A DNA stretch of 45,180 bases, from the NCBI GenBank assembly GCA_035308865.1, contig DATGFU010000038.1, positions 1-45,180 on the forward strand, written 5' to 3'. This document shows positions 17,681-26,870 of the stretch, piece by piece (position 1 is the first letter of the stretch; each line of letters starts with the position of its first letter). This stretch comes from Stellaceae bacterium (lineage in GTDB: Bacteria > Pseudomonadota > Alphaproteobacteria > ATCC43930 > CGMCC-115725). The position numbers and the translations under genes were made by a program. Below the pieces are notes generated by a model that made no database searches, had not been told where the DNA came from, and saw only the letters and a program-made list of their open reading frames with translations.

Positions 17681-19758
17681 CCGGCTACGAATTCGCCTGG
17701 GCGCCGCTGGTGCCGTGGCCCGTCATCGTTGCGGCCGCCGTGGCGGCGCTCGCCGTCGTCCTGTGGGGCGCGTGGCGGCGGGCCGCGGGAACGGCGTGGC
17801 GGGCGGCGGTGCTCGCCATCGTGCTCGGCAGCCTCGCCGGGCCTTCGCTGGTGGCCGAGCAGCGGGAGCCGCGCAAGGATGTGGCGCTCATCGTCAAGGA
17901 CGTCTCGGCCAGCCAGCGGATCGGCGACCGGGCGTCCCGTGCCGATGCGGTGACGGCGTCGCTGCAGCAGACGCTGTCGCACTACCCCGATCTCGAGGTT
18001 CGGACGATCGAGGCCGGCGCGGCGCCGCCGAATGCCGGGACCGACAGCGGTACCGAGCTCTTCGGCCCGATCGCCCATGCGCTGGCCGACGTGCCGCCGC
18101 AGCGTGTCGCCGGCATCGCCATGATCACCGACGGGCAGGTCCACGACGTGCCGCCGGCCGCGAACCTCCCTTTCCAGGCGCCGCTGCACGTGCTGCTCGA
18201 CGGGCAGAAGGATGAGTCCGACCGCCGCATCGTGATCCGCCAGGCGCCGAGCTTCGGCATCGTCGGCAAGGAACTGCAGCTGGTCGTTCGCGTCGAGGAT
18301 CTGGGTACCGATCCCGCCGAGACCGCCCGGGTGACCATCCGTCGCGATGGCGGCACCGAGCAGGTGGCGCTGGTACCGGTCGGGCGCGATGCGCCGCTGC
18401 CGATCACGCTCGCGCATGGCGGATCGACGGTGTTCGAGATCTCGGTGGAGCCCGGCCGCCACGAGCTGACGCTCGACAACAACCGCGCGGCGCTGGTCGT
18501 GCATGGCGTGCGCGACCGGCTCAAGGTCCTCCTCGTCTCGGGCGAGCCGCATGCCGGCGAACGCACCTGGCGCAACCTGCTGAAGGCCGACCCCTCGGTC
18601 GACCTCGTCCATTTCACCATCCTGCGCCCGCCGGAAAAGCAGGACGGTACGCCGATCCGCGAGCTTTCGCTGATCGCCTTCCCGATCCGCGAGCTCTTCG
18701 ACTTCAAGCTCGACGAGTTCGACCTGATCATCTTCGACCGCTACCAGCGGCGCGGCCTGCTGCCCCAGAACTACCTCAACAACATCGCCAACTACGTGCG
18801 GAAGGGCGGCGCGCTGCTGGAAGCCGCGGGGTCGAGCGAGGGCACGGCCGGCTCGCTCTACCGCACGCCGCTCGGATCCGTGCTGCCTGCCGAGCCCAGC
18901 GGCGAGATCTTCGAGCAGGGATTCAAACCGCTGGTGACCGATATCGGCGGGCGCCACCCGGTGACCGCCGACCTGCCCGGCGGGAACACCGGCCCTGGCA
19001 GCCAGCCGTCGTGGGGGCGCTGGTTCCGTCAGGCCGATGCCTCCGCCCATGCCGGCCGCACGCTGATGACCGGGGTCAACGGCGCCCCGCTCCTGGTGCT
19101 CGACCGGGTCGGCGAGGGCAGGGTGGCGCAGCTGCTGAGCGACGAGATCTGGCTGTGGACGCGCGGCTTCGAGGGCGGCGGCCCGCAGGCCGAACTGCTG
19201 CGGCGTCTCGCCTATTGGCTGATGAAGGAGCCGGATCTCGAGGAGAACGACCTGCGCGGCTCGATCGAAGGCAGCCGCCTGACGGTCGTGCGCCGCACGC
19301 TCGAGCCCGATCCGCACCCCGTGGAGCTGACGCGCCCCGACGGCAAGACCGAGACCGTGCCGCTCAAGCCGGAGAGCGGCGGGCGCGAAGTTGCCGTCAT
19401 ACCGGTGACCGAAAGCGGGCTCTATCGCCTGAGCGACGGCACGCGGACCGCGCTCGCGGCGGCCGGGGCGCTCAACCCCATCGAGCTTTCCGACGTGCGG
19501 ACCACGGCCGACAAGCTGCAGGCGGTGGCCGACGCGACCGGCGGCAGCGTCAACTGGACCGGCAGCGGCGAGGCGCTGCCCGACATCCGCCGGACCCGAC
19601 CGGGGCGCAGCACGTCCGGCAATGGCTGGATCGGCTTCCGCGCCAACGGCGATTACGTGGTCACCGGGCTCGACGAGACCGATCTGCTGCCGCCGTGGGC
19701 GGCGCTGGGCCTCGCCCTCGGTACGCTGTTGCTGGCCTGGCGGCGAGAGGGGCGGTAG
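17677..19758 (+). CDS. Conserved membrane protein, fourth gene of the MoxR/DUF58 operon (class I glutamine amidotransferase-like fold suspected)
   Basis: The 693-aa ORF has an ATGA overlap with the upstream gene. It has two N-terminal TM helices and one C-terminal TM helix (WAALGLALGTLLLAW). The central LKVLLVSGEPHAGERTWRNLLKADPSVDLVHFTILRPPEKQD...FDLIIFDRY block resembles the GATase1-like domain seen in this operon type. The family call is from recall. Confidence 0.65.
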   Translation: MTGYEFAWAPLVPWPVIVAAAVAALAVVLWGAWRRAAGTAWRAAVLAIVLGSLAGPSLVAEQREPRKDVALIVKDVSASQRIGDRASRADAVTASLQQTLSHYPDLEVRTIEAGAAPPNAGTDSGTELFGPIAHALADVPPQRVAGIAMITDGQVHDVPPAANLPFQAPLHVLLDGQKDESDRRIVIRQAPSFGIVGKELQLVVRVEDLGTDPAETARVTIRRDGGTEQVALVPVGRDAPLPITLAHGGSTVFEISVEPGRHELTLDNNRAALVVHGVRDRLKVLLVSGEPHAGERTWRNLLKADPSVDLVHFTILRPPEKQDGTPIRELSLIAFPIRELFDFKLDEFDLIIFDRYQRRGLLPQNYLNNIANYVRKGGALLEAAGSSEGTAGSLYRTPLGSVLPAEPSGEIFEQGFKPLVTDIGGRHPVTADLPGGNTGPGSQPSWGRWFRQADASAHAGRTLMTGVNGAPLLVLDRVGEGRVAQLLSDEIWLWTRGFEGGGPQAELLRRLAYWLMKEPDLEENDLRGSIEGSRLTVVRRTLEPDPHPVELTRPDGKTETVPLKPESGGREVAVIPVTESGLYRLSDGTRTALAAAGALNPIELSDVRTTADKLQAVADATGGSVNWTGSGEALPDIRRTRPGRSTSGNGWIGFRANGDYVVTGLDETDLLPPWAALGLALGTLLLAWRREGR

Positions 19759-19767
19759 AGAAGCGGC

Positions 19768-20706
19768 TCAGGGATGCGGCGTCCAGACGACGTCGCGGAC
19801 GACGACAGGCTTGGAGATCAACCCGAGCCGATAGAACGCATCGGCGATCCGCTGCTGGTCGCGGACAACGTCATCGGTGACCGGTCCCGTGCCCAGAGGC
19901 ATGCGGTTCAGCGCAGCTTCCATCACGGGCTGAGACAGGCCGGTCACGGGCGCGAGCTGCGCGGCCGTCTCGGATATATGTGCGGCGGCCCAGGCGTCGG
20001 TCCGGTAGATCTCCTCCAGGATCGCCTGCAGAAGCGCCGGCTGCTCCTGGGCAAGTTTCGACGTGGCAAGGTAGAATTGCCGGTTGGTAACGAGGCCTTC
20101 GCCGTTCACGAGCTCGCGGGCGCCGGTTTGGGCTTCGGCCGCGCTGAGATAGGGATCCCAGATGGCCCAGGCGTCGACCTCGCCGTGCTCGAAGGCGGCC
20201 TGAGCCTCCGCCGGCGGCAGGTAGACCGGCACGATGTCTTCGAGCGTCAGCTTGGCGGATCCAAGGGCCAGCGCCACGAGGTAGTGGACGTTCGAGCCCT
20301 TGTTGAACGCCACCTTCAGCCCCTTGAGGTCGGCAACGGTCCGGAGCGGCGATCCTTTCGGGACCAGGATGGCCTCGCCCTTCGGCGCCGGGCGCTCGGC
20401 GGCGACGTAGACGAGCGGCTCGCCGGCCGCCTGTGCGAAGATCGGCGGCACCTCGCTCGTCGCGCCGAAATCGATGCGTCCCTCCGCCATGGCGTCGAGC
20501 AGCGGCGGGCCGGCCGGGAACTGGACCCACTCGATGCCCGACACCTGGCGGCGCAGCCGTTGCTCGAGCGCCTTCTGCGCCTGGACGACGACCAGCGTGC
20601 CGTAGCTCTGGATGCCGATACGCAGCGTCGGCCCGTCGGCGAGCGCCGACGCCGCCGCGAACGCCAGGACGGCGACCAGCAGCGTTCTGAACAAAAGCGG
20701 CGCCAT
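19768..20706 (-). CDS. ssuA: Aliphatic sulfonate ABC transporter substrate-binding protein, paralog 2
   Basis: The 312-aa ORF has a signal peptide, then LRIGIQSYGTLVVVQAQ...IEWVQFPAGPPLLDAMAEGRIDFG...NKGSNVHYL...[14 protein letters not shown]. By eye it is about 70 percent identical to the ORF at 23525..24472. It is separated from ssuB by about 100 bp. Confidence 0.85.
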   Translation of the reverse strand: MAPLLFRTLLVAVLAFAAASALADGPTLRIGIQSYGTLVVVQAQKALEQRLRRQVSGIEWVQFPAGPPLLDAMAEGRIDFGATSEVPPIFAQAAGEPLVYVAAERPAPKGEAILVPKGSPLRTVADLKGLKVAFNKGSNVHYLVALALGSAKLTLEDIVPVYLPPAEAQAAFEHGEVDAWAIWDPYLSAAEAQTGARELVNGEGLVTNRQFYLATSKLAQEQPALLQAILEEIYRTDAWAAAHISETAAQLAPVTGLSQPVMEAALNRMPLGTGPVTDDVVRDQQRIADAFYRLGLISKPVVVRDVVWTPHP

Positions 20707-20807
20707 GACGCTCCGGTGTCCGCGAAAGCGATCACTGTTGCATGTTTCTGTTGCGATAGCGATTTCGACGGTAGGTCCGTACGGAGGACGTGCCGCCGGG
20801 GTCGGCC

Positions 20808-21581
20808 TCAGCCGTTCTCGCCCAGCAGCCGGGCCAGGATCGCCGCCTCGATCTCGCCGAGCTCGGCGGCGGCGCGGGGCCGCGGACGCGGGAGACGGAT
20901 CTCCCAGGCGCCGCCGATCCTGCCCTCCTCCAGCACGATCACCCGGTCTGCAAGACGCACCGCCTCGGCGACGTCGTGCGTCACCAGGATCGCGGTGAAG
21001 CCCTCGCTGCGATGCATGCGCTCGATCAGCTCCTGCATCTCCAGCCGCGTCAGCGCGTCGAGCGCGCCGAGCGGCTCATCGAGCAGCAGCAGGGTCGGGC
21101 GGGACATCAACGCGCGCGCCAGGGCGACGCGCTGCCGCTGCCCGCCCGAGAGCGTTGCCGGCCAGTCGCCGGCCCTGCCGGCCAAGCCGACGCGGGAAAG
21201 CGCGGTCATCGCCTCGTCGCGGCGGGCCGGATCCGTCCGGCCGATGGTGACGTTGTCGATGACGCGCCGCCAGGGGAGGAGCCGCGCGTCCTGGAACATC
21301 AGCCGCACGACCGGCGGCCGCGGACCGAAGCCGACCGTACCGGACGTCGGCGTTTCGAGCCCGGACAGGAGCCGGAGCAACGTGGTCTTGCCGCAGCCGC
21401 TGCGGCCGATGACGGCGACGAATTCGCCCGGCGCGACGTCGAGATCGATGCCGGCGAGGACGGTGCTCGCGCCGAAGCTCTTGCCGAGGCCTTGCAGGCG
21501 CACGGGGCTGGCATGGTCCGCAGCCGGCTGGACGCGTGGCGCGACCGCGGCAATCCGGATCAGTTCGGCGGCGACACTCAT
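20808..21581 (-). CDS. ssuB: Aliphatic sulfonate ABC transporter ATP-binding protein
   Basis: The ORF carries Walker A ([18 protein letters not shown]), the ABC signature ([15 protein letters not shown]) and Walker B ([12 protein letters not shown]). It lies within the ssu gene context. Confidence 0.9.
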   Translation of the reverse strand: MSVAAELIRIAAVAPRVQPAADHASPVRLQGLGKSFGASTVLAGIDLDVAPGEFVAVIGRSGCGKTTLLRLLSGLETPTSGTVGFGPRPPVVRLMFQDARLLPWRRVIDNVTIGRTDPARRDEAMTALSRVGLAGRAGDWPATLSGGQRQRVALARALMSRPTLLLLDEPLGALDALTRLEMQELIERMHRSEGFTAILVTHDVAEAVRLADRVIVLEEGRIGGAWEIRLPRPRPRAAAELGEIEAAILARLLGENG

Positions 21582-22384
21582 CGCGCCGCCGTCACCGCGT
21601 AGGCCGGGTGCCAGGCGAGGCAGCGCCGCTCGACCCAGACCGCGGCCCAGTCGGCGAGCTTGCCGAGCAGCGCGTACATCAGGATGCCCAGCACGACGAC
21701 ATCCGTTTCAAGGAACTCGCGCGCGTTCATCGTCATGTAGCCGATGCCCGACGAGGCCGACACGGTCTCGGCCACGATCAACGTGACCCACATGATCCCC
21801 AGCGCGAAGCGCACCCCGACCAGGACCGACGGCAGCGCGCCGGGCAGCACCACCTGGAAGAAGAGCCGGCGGCGATCGAGCCCATAGACGCGGGCCATCT
21901 CCAGGAGCCCCGCATCGACCGTGCGCACTCCGTGATAGGTATTGAGGTAGATCGGGAAGAACACGCCCACGGCGACCAGGAACAGCTTGGCGCTCTCGCC
22001 GATCCCGAACCACAGGATGACCAGCGGGATCATCGCGAGGTGGGGAATGTTGCGCAGCATCTGCAGCGTGCTGTCGAGCAGCGAGGCGGCGCGCGGAGAG
22101 GTGCCGTTGAGGATGCCGAGCGCGAAGCCGATGACGCCGCCGATCGCGGCACCCCCGACGGCGCGCAGAAAGCTGACGCCGATCGCCCGCCACAGCTCGC
22201 CGGTCCAGGCGAGGTGCCAGAACGCGCTCCCGACCTCGCCGGGGCTCGGCAGCACCTTGGAGGCGATCCAGCCAAGCGAGGATGCTGCCTGCCACAGCGC
22301 GACCAGCGCTGCCGGCACGAGCCAGGGCAGCGCGGCCGCGCCGGCGCGGCGCAATCCGGCCGGCGTCACTGCGAGGCCCGCCAT
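21578..22384 (-). CDS. ssuC: Aliphatic sulfonate ABC transporter permease
   Basis: The 268-aa polytopic protein has the binding-protein-dependent transport EAA-type loop ([25 protein letters not shown]). It overlaps ssuB (ATGA) and ssuD. Confidence 0.9.
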   Translation of the reverse strand: MAGLAVTPAGLRRAGAAALPWLVPAALVALWQAASSLGWIASKVLPSPGEVGSAFWHLAWTGELWRAIGVSFLRAVGGAAIGGVIGFALGILNGTSPRAASLLDSTLQMLRNIPHLAMIPLVILWFGIGESAKLFLVAVGVFFPIYLNTYHGVRTVDAGLLEMARVYGLDRRRLFFQVVLPGALPSVLVGVRFALGIMWVTLIVAETVSASSGIGYMTMNAREFLETDVVVLGILMYALLGKLADWAAVWVERRCLAWHPAYAVTAAR

Positions 22385-23514
22385 TGCGGCGCCACTTCAT
22401 GCGCGACGATCTCGCCGAACGGCCCCGTCACGAGGCCTTCGCCGCGGCTCTGCAAGCGCGTCACGGGGAGCAGCGGGAAGACCAGCTCGGCGAAACGGTA
22501 GGCCTCCTCCAGATGCGGGTAGCCCGAGAGGATGAAGGTATCAATGCCGAGCGCGGCGTATTCCTTCATCCGCTCGGCAACCGTCTCCGGATCGCCGACG
22601 AGCGCGGTTCCGGCGCCGCCGCGCACCAGTCCGACGCCGGCCCACAGATTGGGGCTGATCTCCAGCGACTCCCGGCTGCCGCCGTGGAGACGCGCCATGC
22701 GCTGCTGCCCGACGGAATCGTAGCGGGCGAAGATCTTCTGCGCGTCGCGGATCGTCGTGTCGGAGATCCGGCTGATCAACGAGTCCGCGGCCGCCCAGGC
22801 TGCCTCTTCGGTCTCGCGCACGATGACGTGGAGGCGGATGCCGAAACGCATCGTCCGCCCGCGCGCCGCCGCCCGCTGGCGGACCGCGGCGACCTTCTCC
22901 GCCACCTGCTCGGGCGGCTCGCCCCAGGTCAGGTAGACGTCGACATGCTCGGCCGCGACCTCCTGGCCGGCGTCGGAGGAGCCGCCGAAATAGAGCGGCG
23001 GGTGCGGCGACTGGATCGGCGGATAGAGGATCCGGCCCTCCTTGTGGCGGAGGTGCCGGCCGACGAAATCGACCGTCTCGCCCGCCAGCAGGCGGCGGTA
23101 TACGGAAAGAAACTCGTCGGTCAGGCGGTAGCGCTCGTCATGCGCGAGGAACAGCCCGTCGCCCTCCAGCTCCACCGGATCGCCGCCGGTGACGACGTTG
23201 ATCATCACGCGCCCGTCCGAAACCCGGTCGAGCGTCGCCGTCATCCGGGCCGCCACGGCGGGGGAGGCGAGGCCGGGGCGGATCGCGACCAGGAACCGCA
23301 TGCGCTGAGTCAGCGGCGCCAGGGCCGAGGCGACCACCCAGGAATCCTCGCAGCTTCGGCCGGTCGGCAGCAGCGCGCCGTAATAGCCCAGATCGTCGAC
23401 CGCCTGGGCGATCTGGCGGGCATAGGCCAGCGTGAACTGCCGTCCGCCTTCGGCGGTGCCGAGATAGCGTCCGTCGCCGTGCGTCGGGATGAACCAGAGG
23501 ACGTTGAAGGTCAT
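22366..23514 (-). CDS. ssuD: FMNH2-dependent alkanesulfonate monooxygenase
   Basis: The 382-aa ORF begins [20 protein letters not shown], then shows [22 protein letters not shown]...RFLVAIRPG...[10 protein letters not shown]...YFGGSSDAG...[48 protein letters not shown], the canonical SsuD luciferase-like blocks. Confidence 0.94.
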   Translation of the reverse strand: MTFNVLWFIPTHGDGRYLGTAEGGRQFTLAYARQIAQAVDDLGYYGALLPTGRSCEDSWVVASALAPLTQRMRFLVAIRPGLASPAVAARMTATLDRVSDGRVMINVVTGGDPVELEGDGLFLAHDERYRLTDEFLSVYRRLLAGETVDFVGRHLRHKEGRILYPPIQSPHPPLYFGGSSDAGQEVAAEHVDVYLTWGEPPEQVAEKVAAVRQRAAARGRTMRFGIRLHVIVRETEEAAWAAADSLISRISDTTIRDAQKIFARYDSVGQQRMARLHGGSRESLEISPNLWAGVGLVRGGAGTALVGDPETVAERMKEYAALGIDTFILSGYPHLEEAYRFAELVFPLLPVTRLQSRGEGLVTGPFGEIVAHEVAPQWRASQ

Positions 23515-23524
23515 CGGGGCGGCC

Positions 23525-24472
23525 TCAGGAATGGGGTGTCCAGACGATGTCGCGGACGACGATCGGTTTCGGAATGAGGCCGAGCCCGTAGAACGTGTCG
23601 GCGATCTGCTGCTGGTCGTGCACGATGCCGTCGTCGACCGGCCCGGCGCCGAAGGGCAGGCGGCCCAGCGCCGTCTGCAGCACGGGTACCGATAATCCGG
23701 TCGCCGGCGACAGTTGCTCGGCGGTCTCGTTCACATGCGTGGCCGCCCACGCGTCCGTGCGATCGATCTCGTCGAGGATCGCCCGCACCAGCGCCGGCTG
23801 CGCCTGCGCGAATTTGGGCGAAGCGAGGTAGAATTGCCGGTTGGCGACCAGCCCCTCCCCATTCGTGAGCTCGCGCGCGCTGGTCGCGGCTTCGGCGGCA
23901 CTGAGATAGGGATCCCAGATCGCCCAGGCGTCTACTGCGCCGCGCTCGAAGGCGGCGCGTGCATCGGCTGGCGCGAGGTAGACGGACTCGATATCCGCCG
24001 GCGTCAGTCCCGCCGAGGCTAAAGCCCGAACCAGCAGGTAGTGGACGTTCGAGCCCTTGTTGAGCGCGACCTTCTTGCCCTTCAGCTCGGCGATCTTCTG
24101 GATCGGCGAGTCCTTGGGCACGAGGATGGCCTCGCCCTTGGGCGCGGGCCGCTCGACCCCGACATAGACGAGTCCCTTCCCGCCGGCCTGCGCGAAGATC
24201 GGCGGCGCCTCGCCGGTCGTGCCGAAATCGATGCTGCCCGCCGCCATTGCCTCGAGCAGCTGCGGTCCCGCCGGGAACTCGGTCCATTCGATGGACGAGA
24301 CCTGGTGCTGGAGCCGGTGCTCGAGTCCCTGCTGTGCTCGAACCACGACCAGCGTGCCGTATTTCTGCACGCCGATCCGAAGTGTCGGCCCGTCGGCGGA
24401 GGACGTGCCCGCGAGCGCAATGGCGGCCGTCAGGAGAGTGACGAAGGACAGGATTCCCTTGGTGTACGTCAT
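23525..24472 (-). CDS. ssuA: Aliphatic sulfonate ABC transporter substrate-binding protein, paralog 1 (first gene of the operon)
   Basis: The 315-aa ORF has a signal peptide ([17 protein letters not shown]) and the same conserved blocks as 19768..20706. It lies 10 nt upstream of ssuD on the minus strand. Confidence 0.87.
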   Translation of the reverse strand: MTYTKGILSFVTLLTAAIALAGTSSADGPTLRIGVQKYGTLVVVRAQQGLEHRLQHQVSSIEWTEFPAGPQLLEAMAAGSIDFGTTGEAPPIFAQAGGKGLVYVGVERPAPKGEAILVPKDSPIQKIAELKGKKVALNKGSNVHYLLVRALASAGLTPADIESVYLAPADARAAFERGAVDAWAIWDPYLSAAEAATSARELTNGEGLVANRQFYLASPKFAQAQPALVRAILDEIDRTDAWAATHVNETAEQLSPATGLSVPVLQTALGRLPFGAGPVDDGIVHDQQQIADTFYGLGLIPKPIVVRDIVWTPHS

Positions 24473-24626
24473 CGCCAGCCTTAATCACAGCGTCTAACTA
24501 GGATTTATCATTGCAGGCTGCCGCCGAGCGGTCAAGGTCGTTTCGTGATTCTGAATAATTAAACACGTGTAGTGTGTAGAATAGGAACGGCCGGGTCGTG
24601 TGGGCGGTCGCTAAGCACGCATCCCA

Positions 24627-26021
24627 ATGGCGCAGAGCGACGCGATCAGGAACGACGGCTCTCGCCTAACAGCGGCGGCTATTGTAGACGGGGACGAGCC
24701 GATCCTCCGGATCGACGCGCGACGGTCGAAGGGGAACTTGTTGCCGCCGGCAGATGGGGCCACGCCCGTCGATCCTCCTGCGATGGCGTCGCCGCCGGCC
24801 GCGCCCTCCGGTCACCCACGCGAAGGAGGGCTGCTCGGAGCGCTGCGCTCCGGCGCCTGGCTGAGGCCCGGCCGGGTGAGGGCCTATTGCCGGATCTTTC
24901 TGCTGATGGATGTTCTGGCGGTCATTCTGCTGGCGGCGACCGCCAGCGGACCGCTCGACCAGTGGCAGCGGCCTCTCGGCACCGACTTCATCAGCTTCTA
25001 TGCGGCCGGCCGGCTCGCCGCGTCGGATCGCCCGGCGGACGCCTACAGCCCCGAACGGCACGAAGCAGCGGAGCGCGAGGTCGGGGCGTTCGCGCCGGAT
25101 CTCTACTATGCCTTCTACTATCCGCCGCCCTTCCTCCTGCTGTGCCGGCTACTGGCGGTACCGCCCTATCTGGTGGCTCTGGCCCTGTGGATCGGCGGCG
25201 GCGCGACGCTCTACGCGCTGGCCATCCGGGCGATTCCGCCGGATCGAGCGGCGCTCCTGCCGGCGCTGGCCTTCCCCGCGTGCCTTCTATGCGCCGGCCA
25301 TGGCCAGACGGCGTTCCTGACCGCCGCGCTGTTCGGCGGCGGGACCCTGCTGGTCGATCGTCGGCCCGGGCTTGCCGGCGGCTGTTTCGGGCTTCTCTGC
25401 CTCAAGCCGCATCTGGCGCTGCTCGTGCCGGTCGCGCTCATCGCCGGCCGACGGTGGCGTGCCGCCGCCGCCGCCGCCGCGGTGGCGGCCTCCTTGGCGC
25501 TGGCGGCGACCCTGGCGTTCGGCACCGACATCTGGCCGGCCTACGCGAAGATTGTCCCCGAAGCGCAGGCCGGCTTCGCGGCCGGGCGGGTGGAGTTCTG
25601 GAAGATGGCCAGCGTCTTCGGCGCCGCTCGCCTCCTCGGCGTCGGTGCCGGGACGGCCGGGCTCCTCCAGTTCGCCGCGGCGGTCGCCGCGGCAGTGGTC
25701 GTGGTCATTCTCTGGAGCGGCCGCGCCAGCGCTGGCCTCCGCAACGCGGGGCTGATCGCGGGGTCACTGGCGGCATCTCCACTACTACTGGACTACGATC
25801 TGGTCGCCGTTGCCGTTGCGGTTGCGTGGATGTGCACCGATTCGCGCCGGTTTGGCTTCCTCGAGTGGGAAAAGTCGCTTTTGGCGCTCCTTTTCGTCAT
25901 GCCGCTGATTTCTCGGCCGGCGGGGTCACTGGCGCCGATTCCGCTTGCCGCTCTTGTGCTACCCACCCTGCTTGTTCTTGTGATCCTTCACTTTATCCGG
26001 GCACGCGAGGTCGCCCGGTAA
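24627..26021 (+). CDS. Polytopic membrane glycosyltransferase, GT87/DUF2029-like (GT-C type)
   Basis: The ORF has about 10 hydrophobic segments. The early loop LGTDFISFYAAGRLAASDRPADAYSP...FYYPPPFLLL matches the DUF2029 mannosyltransferase-like pattern as I recall it. The first ~80 residues are non-hydrophobic, so the true start may be further downstream (for example the ATG at 24783). The alternative-frame ORF 24572..26119 is Arg-rich and is rejected. Confidence 0.68.
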   Translation: MAQSDAIRNDGSRLTAAAIVDGDEPILRIDARRSKGNLLPPADGATPVDPPAMASPPAAPSGHPREGGLLGALRSGAWLRPGRVRAYCRIFLLMDVLAVILLAATASGPLDQWQRPLGTDFISFYAAGRLAASDRPADAYSPERHEAAEREVGAFAPDLYYAFYYPPPFLLLCRLLAVPPYLVALALWIGGGATLYALAIRAIPPDRAALLPALAFPACLLCAGHGQTAFLTAALFGGGTLLVDRRPGLAGGCFGLLCLKPHLALLVPVALIAGRRWRAAAAAAAVAASLALAATLAFGTDIWPAYAKIVPEAQAGFAAGRVEFWKMASVFGAARLLGVGAGTAGLLQFAAAVAAAVVVVILWSGRASAGLRNAGLIAGSLAASPLLLDYDLVAVAVAVAWMCTDSRRFGFLEWEKSLLALLFVMPLISRPAGSLAPIPLAALVLPTLLVLVILHFIRAREVAR

Positions 26022-26084
26022 CCCTCAGAGACTCGTGGGAATCAGAAGCCCGCAGGGGGTCGGCGAGAGCACCGCGCCCCAATT

Positions 26085-26113
26085 TTGCCTTAACCCCTTG
26101 TCAACGGTATAGC
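26085..26113 (+). promoter_or_regulatory. Promoter-like element overlapping a near-consensus CtrA-type box upstream of cpaA
   Basis: TTGCCT (26085-26090), a 17-nt spacer, then TATAGC (26108-26113). Overlapping this is TTAA-N7-TCAAC at 26090-26105, one mismatch from the TTAA-N7-TTAAC CtrA full site. This is a pattern match only. Confidence 0.3.
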
Positions 26114-26357
26114 ATCTAGCGTAAAGGACTCTTCAAATCTAGTTGGGGGCCGGGGGAGCGGTCGAGGTTGGTGATCCCAAATAAAGCATTGGATTCGGGA
26201 TCGCGTGCGACTTGGGACGAGTTTCTATCCTCCAAGTATGTGGTCGCGCTGCGCGGCCCCCACGATGAGGCGGAAGTGTTGGGGATGAATCGAGAGGGTT
26301 CGGTATGCCGATCCTGGCTTGCGAGAGGGAACGGGGGGTGGCCTGTGCGGTCCAAGG

Positions 26358-26864
26358 ATGGAGCCGTTGAACCTGGGCTTCGCCGTTCTCTCGATCCTCG
26401 CCGGACTGGTCTTCGCGGCCGCCTTCCAACAGGATTTGGCGCGGCGCAGGATCCCCAACGCTCTGCCCGCTGCCTTGCTGGTGATCGGCGCGATCAAGTG
26501 GCTGCTGATCGGACGTCTGGCGGATGTCGGATGGGCGCTCGCCGCGGCGGGGATCGTACTCGGAATTACCGCCTTCATGTTCTGGCGGGGTTGGATGGGT
26601 GGCGGCGATGTCAAGCTCTTGACCGCATCGAGCTTCATGCTCGGCAGTCAGGACACACCGCCCTTCATCGTGCTGACCTCCTTCATCGGTGGCGTGGTCG
26701 CCATCGTCGTTCTCATCCATTCGCTCCTTGTCCGGCGCGCCGTGCCGGACAAGGGAGGGGCTGACGAAAATGTGGCACCGGCGGCCAAGGCGACGGTGCC
26801 GTATGGCGTGGCGATCTCCTTGGCCGCTGTGTGGTTCCTGTTCAAACAATGGACATTGAGGTAG
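26358..26864 (+). CDS. cpaA: Flp/Tad prepilin peptidase (A24 family)
   Basis: The ATG at 26358 follows aagg. The polytopic 168-aa protein has the two catalytic-Asp contexts FQQDLARRRIPN and MGGGDVKLL, typical of CpaA/TadV. Confidence 0.88.
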   Translation: MEPLNLGFAVLSILAGLVFAAAFQQDLARRRIPNALPAALLVIGAIKWLLIGRLADVGWALAAAGIVLGITAFMFWRGWMGGGDVKLLTASSFMLGSQDTPPFIVLTSFIGGVVAIVVLIHSLLVRRAVPDKGGADENVAPAAKATVPYGVAISLAAVWFLFKQWTLR

Positions 26865-26870
26865 CGCGCT

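Noticed and set aside
17626-19317. 563-aa minus-strand ORF opposite the fourth gene of the MoxR operon. The same reasoning applies to 14028..14936, 16592..17677, 19774..21786, 22282..23577, 31205..32245 and 33432..35174.
   Set aside because: All are antisense to ORFs with clear family motifs or operon coupling. Their composition (R/G/A/P/D-rich, no hydrophobic or catalytic motifs) marks them as shadow ORFs.
24572-26119. 515-aa alternative frame over the glycosyltransferase gene
   Set aside because: The translation is rich in Arg, Gly and Pro. The 24627 frame gives ~10 hydrophobic TM segments and the DUF2029-like loop.
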